Shown: piece after piece, positions 40,944 to 56,012 of the stretch
Numbering within the stretch: the stretch's first letter is position 1
How the letters are laid out: the number at the start of each line of letters is the position of its first letter
Source of the DNA: Eledone cirrhosa
Taxonomy: Eukaryota
Reading direction: 5' to 3'
DNA: 64,000 nucleotides
NCBI GenBank assembly: GCA_964016885.1
Contig: OZ024742.1
Coordinates: 216,008,001 to 216,072,000, forward strand
Program-made: the position numbers and the translations under genes
The notes under the pieces: generated by a model
Seen by the model: the letters and a program-made list of their open reading frames with translations, nothing else
What the model was told of the DNA's origin: nothing
The model's database searches: none

Positions 40944-41290
40944 AGCTGCCCCCTCGTTATCGAGTATGGCCATTGCACGATATAACATTGTTAATAATTA
41001 ACAACTAATGCTATCGTGCATGCCTGTGCGTGAAGATTTATTTTAAAGTGAGGAAAGACTGTGCACTGAGCCAATCCCACTCTCTGAGCGACAGTAGCTA
41101 TAACCCGAAAAGAAGAAAAGATCAACATCATCGATAACTATTGAGCCGCAGGTATTATGTCGGAGTTATCCCAGTCTCCTGAGTTGCCTTCTCCTAGAAG
41201 AATGCCCCGACAACAGGTTGGGGTCCTTCATTCCCAGTGGTTTAACCGCAAGATCGGATATCCAGCCCGATTATTTCTGTCCCCGCGCAT
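40944..41290 (-). mobile_element. RTE-derived bipartite short element (RTE 5' part plus RTE 3' end)
   Basis: Minus strand has CTAGGAGAAGGCAACTC and ends TCGTGCAATGGCCATACTCGATAACGAGGGGGCAGC, identical to 633-668. Confidence 0.75.
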
Positions 41291-41386
41291 ATATATATAT
41301 GTTTGCCATTTCGTTTTGAACATATTTCTATCTACCGATCTATCTATTTTTCTTTCTTTTTCTCTTTTTTCTCTTTCTCTCTCTCC

Positions 41387-41427
<41 letters not shown>

Positions 41428-42070
41428 AGTGCGTATGTGTGTGAGTGTGTATGTATGTGTGTTTGTGTATCTCTGTGTGCGTATGTGTGTGTCAGTGTGG
41501 GTCTGTGTGTGTGTGTGTGTATTTGTGTGCGTATATTTGTATAAATATATATACATAACATTTTATATTGAAATATTTTCTTTTTAATTATTAACTATAT
41601 ATTCTCGAATTAAATATCGCATATACACATATGTGTTTACGATTTCGTGCCTTATATTATATTTATCACTTTATCAAAGCGAGGTGTTTATTAGTAATTA
41701 TTCATAACCTAATTATGTAATTAGACATTGAGAAAATGTAATTCAGTAGCGAGTTACTAATTCATCAATAAAAGTTTGGAGCGCAGTTTTTAAACATTTT
41801 CAGATATCGAATAGCATAAGCATGCAATCATAGATGCAGTTTCTATATTCCCTGATCGGGCTTAACTTTACCATTCATGTTGAATGCAATTGTTTACTGC
41901 CAACTTTACCACCTAGCAGCTATTAGCTAACACTTTTGACGACATCGTAAATGAAATAGATGTATCTATGTTATTAATATTAATATATTCTTCTCTTTAA
42001 GCTCGTCTGTAATTGCGAAATCTAAGGCATGGGTGGTGAACCAATGATTTCGTGTGCCATATTTTATAGT

Positions 42071-42109
<39 letters not shown>

Positions 42110-42121
42110 GGGGGGGGGGGG

Positions 42122-42186
<65 letters not shown>

Positions 42187-42299
42187 AAGTGATAATCAGC
42201 AACATGTAATCTATCTGCTACCAACTTAAAGAATAACGATAATGTCAATTATCAACACGTAGACGTACCTTGATGCGGCAATATATTTATATTGTTTTG

Positions 42300-44800
42300 A
42301 AACCGGAGATTACTGGCATCTCCACTAATAAATGACCATCTAACTTAAGATTTCATTTACATATAATGGATTCGAGTACGTTAGCTGTGTCCTTGAGATG
42401 CACTCTGAACTTTTATTTTCAACTTTGGTCATTATACGAACAGATTAAATAGCTTCGTAACAACAAAACTAAAAAATGATTTCAATTCTTTTCTTGTTTT
42501 CAATATATAGATATACTGAACAGATGCTGCAACTTAAATTATCTATTCAGTAAACATGTCACCTTTGTAATATGTACTCTTTTGATTATAGGAAATATTA
42601 TTATAGGATTCAGTTAATGTTCAGTCTTCACTGGGAAGAAGTGCTAGTAAGCACTATCCTATTTTCATATGGGATTACAAATGTTATTTTGTTTTTAGAT
42701 GCAAATGAGAGTTAAATATTCAAAAATATTTTCCAGCCACAGTGTAACAAAGTCCTACCAATGCGCTATGAATTAGTCTCAGGATATATCGGGATTGCTA
42801 CGAGAATGCTATAACGTCTTGGGCAGTATGTTGTGTGGGGCACTGAATGTGTGATGCGACGACTACTGGCTTACAATGTCCACTGTCACTGAAATAAATT
42901 GTTCGTTGGAATATTCATTAGTATTACGTAACGAGACTGCCATGTCTGGATCACATAATGTACAATAGAATTTAAGTATTAATACATTTTCAATTTAAAT
43001 TATTAAGTATGTTACTTACTTTACAAATACAAGCACTGTGTTTTCTGTAATATTATAATATACGAATTTATCTTATACCGGATATATATAAAAAAAAGAA
43101 TATGCACTCTGTAATTTAGCATGTGTACCTTGCTCGAGAAACGCGCTTATTCGATGTTAAAAATATTTGATTTATAACCACATAAATGCAAACATGCAAT
43201 TGTCATAGATGTATTCTCTGCTAGGAATTTAGGGTGTGATAACACTGTAAGTTATATGTGAAGCTAGCATTAACACAGCATAACATAGAAGCTGAAATGT
43301 GTTAGTGCAGGGCTGCGAAGATTTGAAAATTTATTTGCAAAGTATGTTGGACATCATATCTTTGATGATTTACCTTTGCACAGCAATTATAAAATACACT
43401 TCTTTATTTTGCCGGAAAACGTGAAGTGTACTATGCACTTTTTCTGCTCGAAATGTGGACAATTTGGACAATTTGGAGTGTTTCGAGAAATTCTCTGTTT
43501 CGTTAAAGATTATCTGAAGTCGGTTGTATTTATAGATTAATGTTTTTTTTGTTTTTTTTGTTTTTAGGATTTTATTATCTCAACGAAAATTCACAGGGAT
43601 CTGATAAAGAATTAGTAATGTTTGATAAAATAAACTATTTTGAAAACAAATTAAACGTTCTCGTCAAAATATCAGCAATTCCACTTCTAAATGTTTTCCA
43701 AAGCTGGATAGATAGATGACCTTGAAGTTCATTTGAAAGTAGACATTCTAAACTTAAGGAAATTATTAAGAATCAACTATTAAAAAATAATATTAGTATT
43801 TACTAAATTTCAAATCGTTTAAAAATAACTTCAAATTTCATTAGTTGTGCCGAAAATGTAACTTTTAGAAAATGCTTTCGATTAATATTGCTAACTTTGA
43901 GGCACAGCTGATTGTATGGCATTCTAGAGGAAAGTACGTCGGCTCGTGAACGCTATTCATAAATATTGAGATTGTCTGGTGAAAATAAACATTTTAATAA
44001 ATGCATCTAGTGAGTCGAAACTCAGGAATTTATTCCTGAATCTTTGCCATTCTTCAAATATTTGCAGTGACAATGTTAACAAAATTTACTTAAACTTGTG
44101 AGTATCAATATTGTCGGTTTGAAGGTTTTTCGAATCTCATTCTAATAGTAACCTTGCATATGAAATCAATGCTGCAGTTAGAAGTGTTAAAACATTTAAA
44201 TGCAGCCCTCAAATATTGTGCGTCTTATCGGGGGTCCAGCAGCAAATATCTCAATGACAGAAGAATATTTGATTTCCATTCATCGATTCTTCATTGGTTT
44301 TACAAGTGTTTAGATTTTTTTTTTCTCATTATTAAGGTAAAAATAATTTATTTTTGTTTCCAAAACTATATCAATTATTTTTAAAGTACGTATAAAGTAC
44401 AATTCTTTTTATAAAATACTACTTTGTAAATCGTAGTTTAAAAATATCTAACATTCATATATATTAAAACATAATTCTTGAAATAATGTTGATTATTTCG
44501 GATTCTCTCTTTTATTGTTAGTGTATGTTGTCACATACGAAATATACAGTGACCTACATAAAAAGTTTCAGTAAACCGGTGCAATGTGGTAAATATATTT
44601 AAAAGTCAAAATCGGACCGTTTTAGTTTTACATTTAAAAGAAGGTACTGGACCTGAAATAATCATGCTAAATATATTGGGTAAAACACTAATTGTTTTGT
44701 TCTATGTGTCATCTTTCACCCTTTATATAGTTTTGCCACATTGTACCGGCTTTATGAAAATTATCACTCATTCGTTAATTCATTCATTAATTATCTCACA
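42300..44800 (+). pseudogene. Decayed LRR-coding segment, the best preserved
   Basis: One frame at 43813-43989 reads NRLKITSNFISCAENVTFRKCFRLILLTLRHS*LYGILEESTSARERYS*ILRLSGENK with 24-25 aa periodicity. Also KCFPKLDR*MTLK (~43689), NLLKLVSINI (44083), MLQLEVLKHLN (44169). Boundaries are uncertain. Confidence 0.7.
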
Positions 44801-46094
44801 ATGATTCCTATTACCCATAGAAGTATCCTGATTATTTATTCATTAATACTAATTTGGGGTAATTACTTATATATATAAATGCAATCAGCAACTTTTCTCA
44901 TTTAAATGAACTAGAACTTGTCTACAGAAATGTTTTTATAGAACACTTGCTCTTAGTACATAGAATAATTTATAAAATATAAATAAAGAATTAATATTAG
45001 CTACTTAGCATGGGCAGACCTGATTCAAAGCATGTTAATTGTTGCGGGTCTTGTAATTCATATGTACAACTTATATTTAGTTACTATTTGGAAAGTTTAT
45101 CTACCTTAGAAAAAATGAGGTCTGAGGTTTAAGAGAAATCCTATTTGATAATAATTTTAAACATAAAAAATGCAAGTTTAATATTGTTATAAATTATGGA
45201 ATACGTTCTGAAAGGCGGTGACAAAGCATCAGGAATTTGGTGCAGTGTAGAGTACTCAGAATTATGTATTTTATACGTAATTTGCTTTATATGATCATTC
45301 GTATTTATATTGTATTTCCGATATTGAACCGCCATACATTGCTCTTTTTCCTTCGTTTATCATAATATACTTTGTTTACTATCCGTTTTGTCTAACATAT
45401 GCTGATTTTTACTTTCCACTTGCTGTATCATATTTTTTGTATTACGTTTAGGCTTCTATAGCTTGATTGGTCTCAGCCGATAACGTTAATCTTCTTTATA
45501 GACTAACAAAGATTGTTTATTCTTCGTTTGGTTGACCATACCATTTTTTTAATACTCTACTTGGTCCATAAATCGATTATATTTTCTATTTAGCCTACAA
45601 CAGGACGGTAGTTTGATTTATATATATATGTGCGTGTGTGTGTGTGTGAGTGTGTGTGTGTGTGCGTGTGTGTGTGTGTGTGTTTCTCTCTGTGTGTGTA
45701 TGTGTCTGTGTGTGTATGTGTGTGTGTATGTGTCTGTGTGTGTATGTGTCTGTGTGTGTTTATGTGTGTGTATACATATATACATACATATTACCTTTTA
45801 CTCTTTGATTTAATTTACTGTCTAAAAGGCTACAGTAGTTATTTTCTATTTGGTTTACAGTCTACAATTCTTTGTTAGGTCTACCAATGATTGTGATTCG
45901 CTGAAAAATAAAAGTAATAGGAGACACTACTTAGGAGGGGGAGTATGAATAGTTTAAAACATTGTGCAGATTCATACGTAGTCACAGACAGACACACATA
46001 CGCGCCTCATATGGGAGTGTGTGTGTCTGTATTTATGATCTTTGTATGTAAATATACATATATATAATTATATATTTATATAAATTCATATATA

Positions 46095-46160
<66 letters not shown>

Positions 46161-46175
46161 GTATATATATATCGA

Positions 46176-46375
46176 CACTCGATCGACTTTATCAAATCGG
46201 ACCGAGGGAACAATGTTTCCGTTGGTCTTTCCGATTGTTAATAATATCTATTGGTCGCAACTCCAGATAGAAGGAGCAACGTAAAATAAAGTGACTTGCA
46301 TAAGGACATAACGCATCGTCTGGTCCAGGAATGAAACGGACAACGTCGCGATTGCAAATATAACCAATCAATCAC
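46176..46375 (-). mobile_element. SINE remnant related to 21290-21470
   Basis: Shared TCAAATCGGA.C.AGGGA...TTTCC.TTGGTCTTTCC.ATTG...AACTCC.G..AGAAGGAGCAAC. Confidence 0.6.
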
Positions 46376-46403
46376 GTGTGTGTATGTATATAGCGAGCTG
46401 AGT

Positions 46404-46442
<39 letters not shown>

Positions 46443-46445
<3 letters not shown>

Positions 46446-46825
46446 TGAATTTGTGTAGCAAGAAAACGTGTGTTGAAACCGATATTGTTATGCGTTGGGA
46501 GGGTCATGTTGCCAATAAGAAACACACGCACCAGCTGCTTCCACTTCAATTTATTATAAATCAAATTTATAAATTTAGGGATTTATAAATTTACGGTTAG
46601 TTGGTTGGTCCACAACCAGAGGATTGTTCATATATTGTCAATGTTCTTTCGTCACACATTCTGTGACCTCTTCAGTGACTGGGGATTATTTTCTTTGTTT
46701 TTGTGCCTCTCCTTTGTTCTGTCCTACGCCATCTTGTTTGTGTGTGTGTTGTGTGCTTAGTTTGCGCATGTGTTACATCCGGGTGTCTGTGTGTGTTTAT
46801 ATTTGTTTATTTATTTGTTTATTTA
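46443..46825 (-). mobile_element. Family-A PLE 3' end with a slightly mutated hammerhead (46637-46680)
   Basis: Matches 2118-2439 and the reverse complement of 25960-26315. Confidence 0.85.
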
Positions 46826-49457
46826 CGGACTTTACGCAATTAACGGACTTGATTGGTATCTTTATTTTGAATTCTTTAAATCGGAAAATTCCTCAACTTC
46901 GCGGTGGAATTTATCCTGACGATGCCATTTTTACTGTCTTAAACTGTAATTTAGTTAACCTTAATACCATTAAAAATAATATACTTGATCTATTTAGGTA
47001 CCATAACCAATTGAATTTGAAAACAACGTCAAACTAGCTAACTTCCTGGATATATCCCTTAATCTTGACACCGGCCTATATAACCCTTACCATAAAGACA
47101 ATGAGAATCTAAATTATGTTAATTTTAAATCTAACCACCCCATTAACGTTAAAAATGATATAGTCAGTAATGTTGAAAAAAGAATCTCAAATCTATCCTC
47201 TAATAAATTATGCCAATTATTATAATAATGCGCTTTCCAAATCGAGTTATCCTGACAAAATGAAATACAGTAAAGAAACCAATCATCGAAGGACTTATAG
47301 TAAAATAGTTAGTTATGAACATTCCAATAACCTAAATAAAAGACCTAGATACAAAAATATGATTTGGTACAACGCTCCTTTTTCTCTATCTATTACTAGT
47401 AATATTCCTAAACTATTTTTAAGGCCTTAGATAAATGCTTCCCTACCTCGCATATCTATAGTAAGATCTTTAACAAACATACAATCATATTCTCTTATTC
47501 CACCACTTCCAAAATCTCTAACATTATCTCTAAACATAATATAATATTAAATAATAAATTATATCCATCCAACACCGAGCGTCATAATAAGAGCAATAGT
47601 AAACCCGATGTCAATGTTAACTCTAGGCTAGATTCAGTAAATTTAAATACGACGTCAAATGTAACTTTGTCGAATGTTCATAACACCAATCTAAATCAGG
47701 AAACTTTAGCACCTATCGTAAATAACTTCTCCAATCCAATTCCGTCTATAAATAATACTAGGCCACTTGTTAATAACTCTGGTAATTTCTCTAATCGTAA
47801 TTGTAATTGCCCTGTTAGAACTAATTGTCCTCTTAATAACCAATGTTTTGATAAACATTTGGTGTATGAATGTAAGGTTATAACTGGTACTAATTCTTTT
47901 ACCTATTTCGGTTCCACTTCCTTTAAAGCAAGTTTGTATAATCACAATTCGTCTTTTAAATACCAACTTAAAAGAACTAACACGGAACTCTCAGAACTCA
48001 TATGGTCCTTAAAAGACACAAATATTAACTACAACATTTCTTGGAGGAAGGTTTGCAACGCCTCTCCGTACCGGAATTCTTCCCTATCCAGAACATTTAA
48101 TCTCTGCCTAGCCGAGAGACTTACCATTATCTTTAATTTTAATTCTATAATAAATAGACGTACGGAATTATTTTCGCTCTGCTTGCATAAATCCCATAAA
48201 GTATACAGCTAATATCTCACCACCTAATTAGTTTAAAATCTTTTTTTCTTAAACGCTTTTATATCTTTTACAAATATACCCACCTTTCTACCTTATTTCA
48301 GTATATTTTGGATTGGCAGTATCAGTAGAGAGTCGGACATGCTTTCCAGCATAGTTACGTCCCTTTACGATCTGAGTTCAAATCCCGCCGTGGTTGACTT
48401 TGCCTTTCATCCTTACGGGGTCGATAAAATAAAGTACCAGTAATGCACTGGGTAATTGCTGGCCTTGTGCCTAAAGTAGAAACAATTATATTATACAATT
48501 TACTCATTCTTTGTCGTTAGCGGTTCCCTATTATTCTTCTTTTTTTCCTTTTTTTTCTTTTTTTAATTTCTAATCTTTAATCTGTAACTTTTACTTCTCA
48601 ATTACTTCCTAACTCATAATTATTACTCACTATAGCATTTTCCTTATATTCTTGGCCATACAAACTATATTTTTAATATATACTAATATTACCACTAGTA
48701 AATTTTGTAAACATATATTTTTTTTGACGTTATATATTTTTTCTTCCTTAAATGTTCTCCTTTCTTCTCTCCGTCCGTGCTCGTATTAAACCTATTATTT
48801 ACTTTTTCATATTACAATAAATAGAAACAAACTTAGACCCTAACTAATTCCTCTAAGTTCATAATTCATTTAATCTCTTCTTCATTCAACTTATCTCCTT
48901 AATATTTTTATTTTAATAATACATATTAATAAATTCCTTTTCGCACATATTATTAGGCCCTTCAATATATAAACCTTAAATAAATACTATTCTTAATTCA
49001 TTTTTCTTTAATCATAATTATCACCATTCATAAACCTCTTGAACTTTTAATTTCAAATTTTTTTAAATTATGTATTATCTTACAACGGTATTTTTTATTT
49101 ATCTCTGTGAGACAGTGTTTCTCAGTATTAAAGGCTATCTCTCTCTCTCTCACTCATTTGTCCTCCTCTCTCATCCTTCCTTCTTATACTCCTCCCCCGT
49201 CATCCTTTATTTTCTTTCTTCCTCCTCCTTACCTTTTCCTTTCCCCTTCCTTCTTTTTTTTCCCAATCTCATATATCCATCTTATTTTATCTTTCATATG
49301 TAGATTTAACACTTCACTGCTCGCAAGTGTTTTTCAAGCTTCATATCATGTCTCCCTATTTTATCTGATGAGAACGCAAATATCATCCCTAATGTTATTT
49401 GTTTTTGAAATGCGCATAATAAAATACATGGAACTCTTTTAACCATCTTTTGATCTT
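46826..49457 (+). mobile_element. 5'-truncated Penelope-like element (RT C-half plus GIY-YIG, probably Naiad-type), with frameshifts and a SINE inserted at 48309-48490
   Basis: GIYPDD, ANFLDISLNL, SNHP, IWYNAPFS, CNC....CPLNNQC, LVY..YFGST, TELSELIWSLK, NLCLAE, NRRTELFSLCLHK. Long pyrimidine-rich 3' UTR ending in a hammerhead and (TA)n. Confidence 0.9.
49357..49426 (+). ncRNA. Type-I hammerhead ribozyme in the PLE 3' pLTR
   Basis: Stem I TATTTTAT/ATAAAATA (8 bp), CTGATGA 49365-49371, long stem II, GAAA 49407-49410, palindromic stem III ATGCGCAT, predicted cleavage after A49418. Confidence 0.85.
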
Positions 49458-49462
49458 ATATT

Positions 49463-50590
<1,128 letters not shown>

Positions 50591-51169
50591 ATAGAATCAA
50601 CTAAAAAATCAAGAAAATTAACTGGTCAATAGCTAGAGTTTGGAGATAAATACAAACATAAATTATCGAGATTCGCATTCCCGCCCACGAAATAACGAAA
50701 AACAACCTCCGAGATGTGTGGCAAGTGCTCAATGATTCATATATATATAATTATCACCGGCTAATTTATTTGGAAATAGTATATTAATACATCTAACCGG
50801 CAATCTTCAGTCCTTAATATTTAGAAATGCTCAATCTATTTGGTTAATTTTGATCTGTAGCCTATGAGGAAAAAAAACATCCCTTTGAAAGTTTTATGCT
50901 CTCTTCATAAATATATGTATGTGTATATTGCAGCACACATTAAATTATTACAGGTGTATGTTTCTAAAAGTGAGAAAGCACGAAAGGTTGTATCCGTCAC
51001 ATTTGTTCTCCTCAGTCACATATTGACAATATCTCCATTCGCCTAGATATAATTTATCGTGTTACCTCATTGTATAATCACGTTATTTATTTTCACTGAT
51101 ATATAAGAAAATACATGCCGGTCTCAATAGTATACTCATATGTATTACTATTGTTGTTATTACTAAGGA

Positions 51170-51553
51170 AATAGATTGGCAGTATTGGTAGAGCGTCTGA
51201 CAAAATACATTTCGGTAATTAGTTCTAAATTTAAATCACTCCTGTGTTATCTTTGCTCTTATCATTCTGGGTCGGTAATATGAAGTACCAGTTATGCTTT
51301 GGTGGATATAATCGACTTTATTTTTCCAACGAATTTTTGGTTTGGTGCCGATGAAAGAAATAATTGTTTCTACTTTAGGCACAATGCCAACAATTATCCC
51401 GATACATTACTGGTATTTTATTTTATCGACCGCGTAAAGATGAAAGGCAAAGTTAAGCTCGGCGGGATTTGAACTGAAAACATAAAGGGCCGTAACTCTA
51501 TGCTGCAAAACATGGCGTCCGATCCTCTACTGATTCTGCCAATCCATCACCCT
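51170..51553. mobile_element. Tail-to-tail SINE pair: older + copy and a dominant-family - copy at 51361-51553
   Basis: Both match the SINE consensus in opposite orientations. Confidence 0.75.
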
Positions 51554-51896
51554 TATAAGAAATAATAATTATTATTGGTATTGTTTATTAGCGCCTGTGG
51601 CCGTGTGTCGGGTCTGGACGTCGCCGAGAGCTATCTTAACAGGTTCATCTAGAGGACGTTCAACTCGAGAATGACAGTAATCCTGAAAGAATGGATGACA
51701 GTAATGCTTCTCTCTCGCCAAGCCCCCATAAGTGTGTTCGAGTTCCACTTGAGGATAAGGAAAGACTGACTTCTAGTGTGTTTTATCAAAAATGGGTGAG
51801 CGTTAAAAGTGGACGAAACTGAGTGGGCCAACACTGGCAATGTTTTCTAATCAAGAAGGAAATTGTAGAGGTAGTAGTAGTAGTAGTAGTAGTAGT

Positions 51897-51948
<52 letters not shown>

Positions 51949-52324
51949 ACAACAACACCAGCAGCAGCAGAAAGTAGGAAACTGGGTGAGGTACTTTCAA
52001 TGCCCGCGAGGCAACAGTGTACCCCAGGGTATTGTGTGGGGCTCTCCCTATATTTACCCTAACATAGAGTTTCCCCCTTTGTTGGTGAACTGTTGACATT
52101 CACGATGTTATTGTTTTTTTATTGCTATTTATTACAAAACCTGTTATTGTTATCTTAATTGTTTTCTTTTCAGTGATGTCTCCTTTCCTTCACGCGATGT
52201 GAACCCCAACATGTTTCTTTTTATCCTTGTATTGAGGCGAATGTTTGTGTCATTCTGGCCAATAAAAAAAAATATTTGTCATTATAATGATTTTGAGGTG
52301 GAAGTGGTGTTTGCAGTAGTAGTA

Positions 52325-52380
<56 letters not shown>

Positions 52381-52743
52381 TTAACTGCAGCAGCAGCAAT
52401 ACTTCCAGTATATAAAAAAAGGCAGTAACTACATAATTGTAATTTTTATTTTTAAAAAATACGATTTCTATTTTGTTTGCACTGACATTTCGTCTTTCTT
52501 GTATTTTCCAGTCATAAACTATATATTTGAGACTTAATACACGACATGGTTTTCATTTCCCTGTGATTCTTAACCAGATGGATACGATAAGGTAACTAAC
52601 TCTCCCTTACTTATTTGGTATCAACAACATTGTTTCTTTTCTTTTTTATACGAACTACGAAAGTATTTATAATAATATACTCTGTACATAACGTCGAAAG
52701 ATTTTCCTATTTTATGGAGACTCTTGTCATTATATACATACTT

Positions 52744-52801
<58 letters not shown>

Positions 52802-53202
52802 GATAACAAGTTATCGTTTTAGGTATTCCAGTTAGAGTTTGTGACTACTCTGTACTATGGATAGTTTTAACGTACGGCGTTGTTTGATTCAACAAGAGTT
52901 TTCTTTATTTAGGTAACGAGTTTGCGAGAATTCCCATGCAGGTTATTCTTGCAGTAATAGTAGTGAAAGAGTGAAGAATAACATGGTCGGCTGAACAATA
53001 AGGCTTTTTATTTACACCAGTATTCCGATGATTTGACCAGAGACACACACTGTATTTAAGGTCGAGTGATGCGACATAGAGTAATTAGCGGCCTTTAGGC
53101 TCACCTGATCAATGATACAATTGTTAATACTGTAAATAAAACCCTTTTTGTACAGCCGACTATATACAAAACATATATATATATAATATATATACATCAC
53201 AT

Positions 53203-53315
<113 letters not shown>

Positions 53316-53566
53316 TGTTATATGTATAATCTAACTATGAGCATACTCTGGGAATGTATCTTACATTGCCCATGGAGTACGCTGAGATACAACCGGTCCT
53401 GGCATTGATAAATATGCTGGGTCCATCAACTCCTTATTATATATATATATTATATATATGTGTGAATGAAGTAATTCCATCGTAAAAGTCCAGGAAAAAA
53501 GAGTGCTCTATGTAGGCAACAGAGCTTAATTATTATTATTATGTAATAAACAATATAAGGCAATTA

Positions 53567-53626
53567 TTCCATTTACCAGTGGTTTCTTAAAAGCAAAAGG
53601 TTTTGCTTTCAATCATCAGAACGGAA
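53567..53626 (-). ncRNA. Type-I hammerhead ribozyme in a further PLE end (~53460-53700, family G)
   Basis: Minus strand: TTCCGTT CTGATGA TTGAAAGCAAA-acct-TTTGCTTTTAA GAAA CCACTGG TA AATGGAA. All three stems pair. Confidence 0.8.
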
Positions 53627-53786
53627 AAAGCTGGTTTGTTTATTGAATTGGGATTACAAAACCAAAATATATTACCAAAATATATTAACCAAATATATTT
53701 TATATATATAAATTACGAACTGAGGATCCGCTAAGGTGAAACAATTTTTCTCTGTATGGTGATCTAACAATTGTGTAACCACTTCG

Positions 53787-53845
<59 letters not shown>

Positions 53846-53850
<5 letters not shown>

Positions 53851-53960
53851 ATAATGTTGCCAGAAATAATAACAGAACACACACACTGTTTGGTTTTGGC
53901 TGGTTTTCGCTTCTGTATCTTTTATATTTCCATATCTAATTTATCTCGCCATCAATGTTA
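53846..53960 (-). mobile_element. Short fragment of the 49541-type PLE end
   Basis: Matches 49575-49680. Begins at TATTGTTATA next to (TA)n. Confidence 0.7.
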
Positions 53961-53984
53961 TTATATATATATAATAACATTGAT

Positions 53985-54161
53985 GGCGAGGTTAACTTTG
54001 CCTTTCATCCTTACGGGGTCGATAAAATAAAGTACCAGTAATGTACTGGGTAATTTTCTGGCCTTGTGCCAATAGTAGAAACAATTATATATATATAATC
54101 GATAAAATAAAATACCAGTAATGCACTGGGTAATTGCTGGCCTTGTGCCAAAAGTAGAAAC

Positions 54162-54168
<7 letters not shown>
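53985..54168 (+). mobile_element. Two tandem 3' halves of the dominant SINE
   Basis: Match the SINE 3' half. Confidence 0.85.
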
Positions 54169-54192
<24 letters not shown>

Positions 54193-54616
54193 ATGCAAGG
54201 ACGATTTCTTCAATACGAACAATACGTATATTGATTGGTGACGCACGTTTCGCTATTGATCAGCTCAAGTTTCGATCCGTAAAAGCTCGCCAGACCTCTG
54301 CTGCTGTAATTACAGAATGAACAAATAAAGCATAGATATGTCTGTGACGTATCGCGTTCATATGGTGGTACATTTATCTTGTTTTGATTGGAGGTTTAGC
54401 TATGAGGAATGTTTTGGCCTGTGTTATTTGTGGGCGGATGAGCATGGTGACGACGTGATGGTGGGGAGCGTTGGTTGAAGTGAGTTGGGGGTGAAGCAGG
54501 AGCCACGGACAAAACATAACAACCTAAACATAACATCGGAATAACTACCACTGTGTTTCATATTGTTTTTCATTACCGCTATTATCCTTGTTAATTGTTA
54601 CTCATGTAAATATTAG

Positions 54617-55084
54617 GTTGCATCCTTTATCATATCCACCGCCACTAAACATATCACCATGCATCCAGCACTCTCAACCACACCGCATACCATTGTGGCA
54701 CACGCAATCCACCAGCACCATACTCTTCACCACATTTGATGTCATAACCTCCTTTTGTATCACTTGTATTCCCTAGAACACTTCTCATATTTTTTCTACC
54801 ACCATTTAACTCCACACGATATCATCTACATGCACTGCTAACACGCGTGCGTTGCATCCTTTATCATATCCACCGCCACTAAACATATCACGATGCATCC
54901 AGCACTCTCAACCACACTGCATACCATTGAGGCACACGCAATCCACCAGTACCATACTCTTCACCACATTTGATGTCATCACCTCTTTTTGTATCACTTG
55001 CATTCCCTAGAACACTTCTCATATTTTTTCTACCACCATTTAACCCCACACGATATCATCTACATGCACTGCTAACACGCGTGC
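54617..55084. repeat. 234-bp tandem duplication
   Basis: Units 54617-54850 and 54851-55084 with scattered substitutions. Confidence 0.95.
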
Positions 55085-55828
55085 ATCCACACCTGTTTTG
55101 TGTGTGTAAATCTGTATGTGAGTGTGTACGTATATATGAACATACGTGTTTGCCTTCACCTCTGCACATCCATATAGTAGTATCGACGCCCGAACTATGA
55201 GCACGCATATATCGTTAGCTTGGACATATAAACAATGATTTGAGGGACGATGTGTCCGAAAATATCTATAATTCGTATGATATGTATGTGAGTTGGTTGT
55301 GCCAGTGCGGGAGTGCACGATGACCAGTATGTCCATTCCATATGCCTTTCTACGAGCAGACGCTTCTGGTAATGTATGCGCGTGTGACTCCGTGTATCTT
55401 CCATGTGTGCCTGTGCGGGATGATGCATGACTGTATATGTATTTACATTGATGCATGTGTAAATGTGCATGCATGTGCGTATGTTTCTGGGTGCGTGTGG
55501 ATACATGTATATTTATTTTACTTTTTATATTCTTTTCACACAATATGCACTGCACAGGTATCTTCCCTCTACCCACAGTGTTTTAGCAACCTCTCCAAAA
55601 AATTTTAATAAATAATTTTATAGTCTTTTTATAGTCTTTTCAAACACTAACCTCATACCATAATTCTTCATTTCATTAATTCTTTATATATATTTTCAAT
55701 CACTAACCTCATACCATTTTCATCACTTCATTTGTTTTTTTTTAGAAACAAAAAACAAGATATACATAGAAATGTTTATATTCACATTTCTATGTGAATA
55801 TAAACATAAAATTAAAAACTAAACTAAA

Positions 55829-56012
55829 ATAATTGTTTCTACTTTAGGCACAAGGCCAGCAATTACCCAGTGCATTACTAGTACTTTATTTTATCGACCC
55901 CGTAAGGATAAAAGGCAAAGTTAGCCTTGGCGGGATTTGAACTCAGATCATAAAGGGACATAACTATGCTAGAAAGCATGGCGTCCGACCCTCTACCGAT
56001 ACTGCCAATCCA
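55829..56012 (-). mobile_element. Dominant SINE
   Basis: Reverse complement of the consensus. Confidence 0.9.

Noticed and set aside
47667-48212. Selenocysteine recoding, as described for some Naiad PLEs
   Set aside because: No in-frame TGA at cysteine positions in this ORF, and no SECIS recognised by eye.
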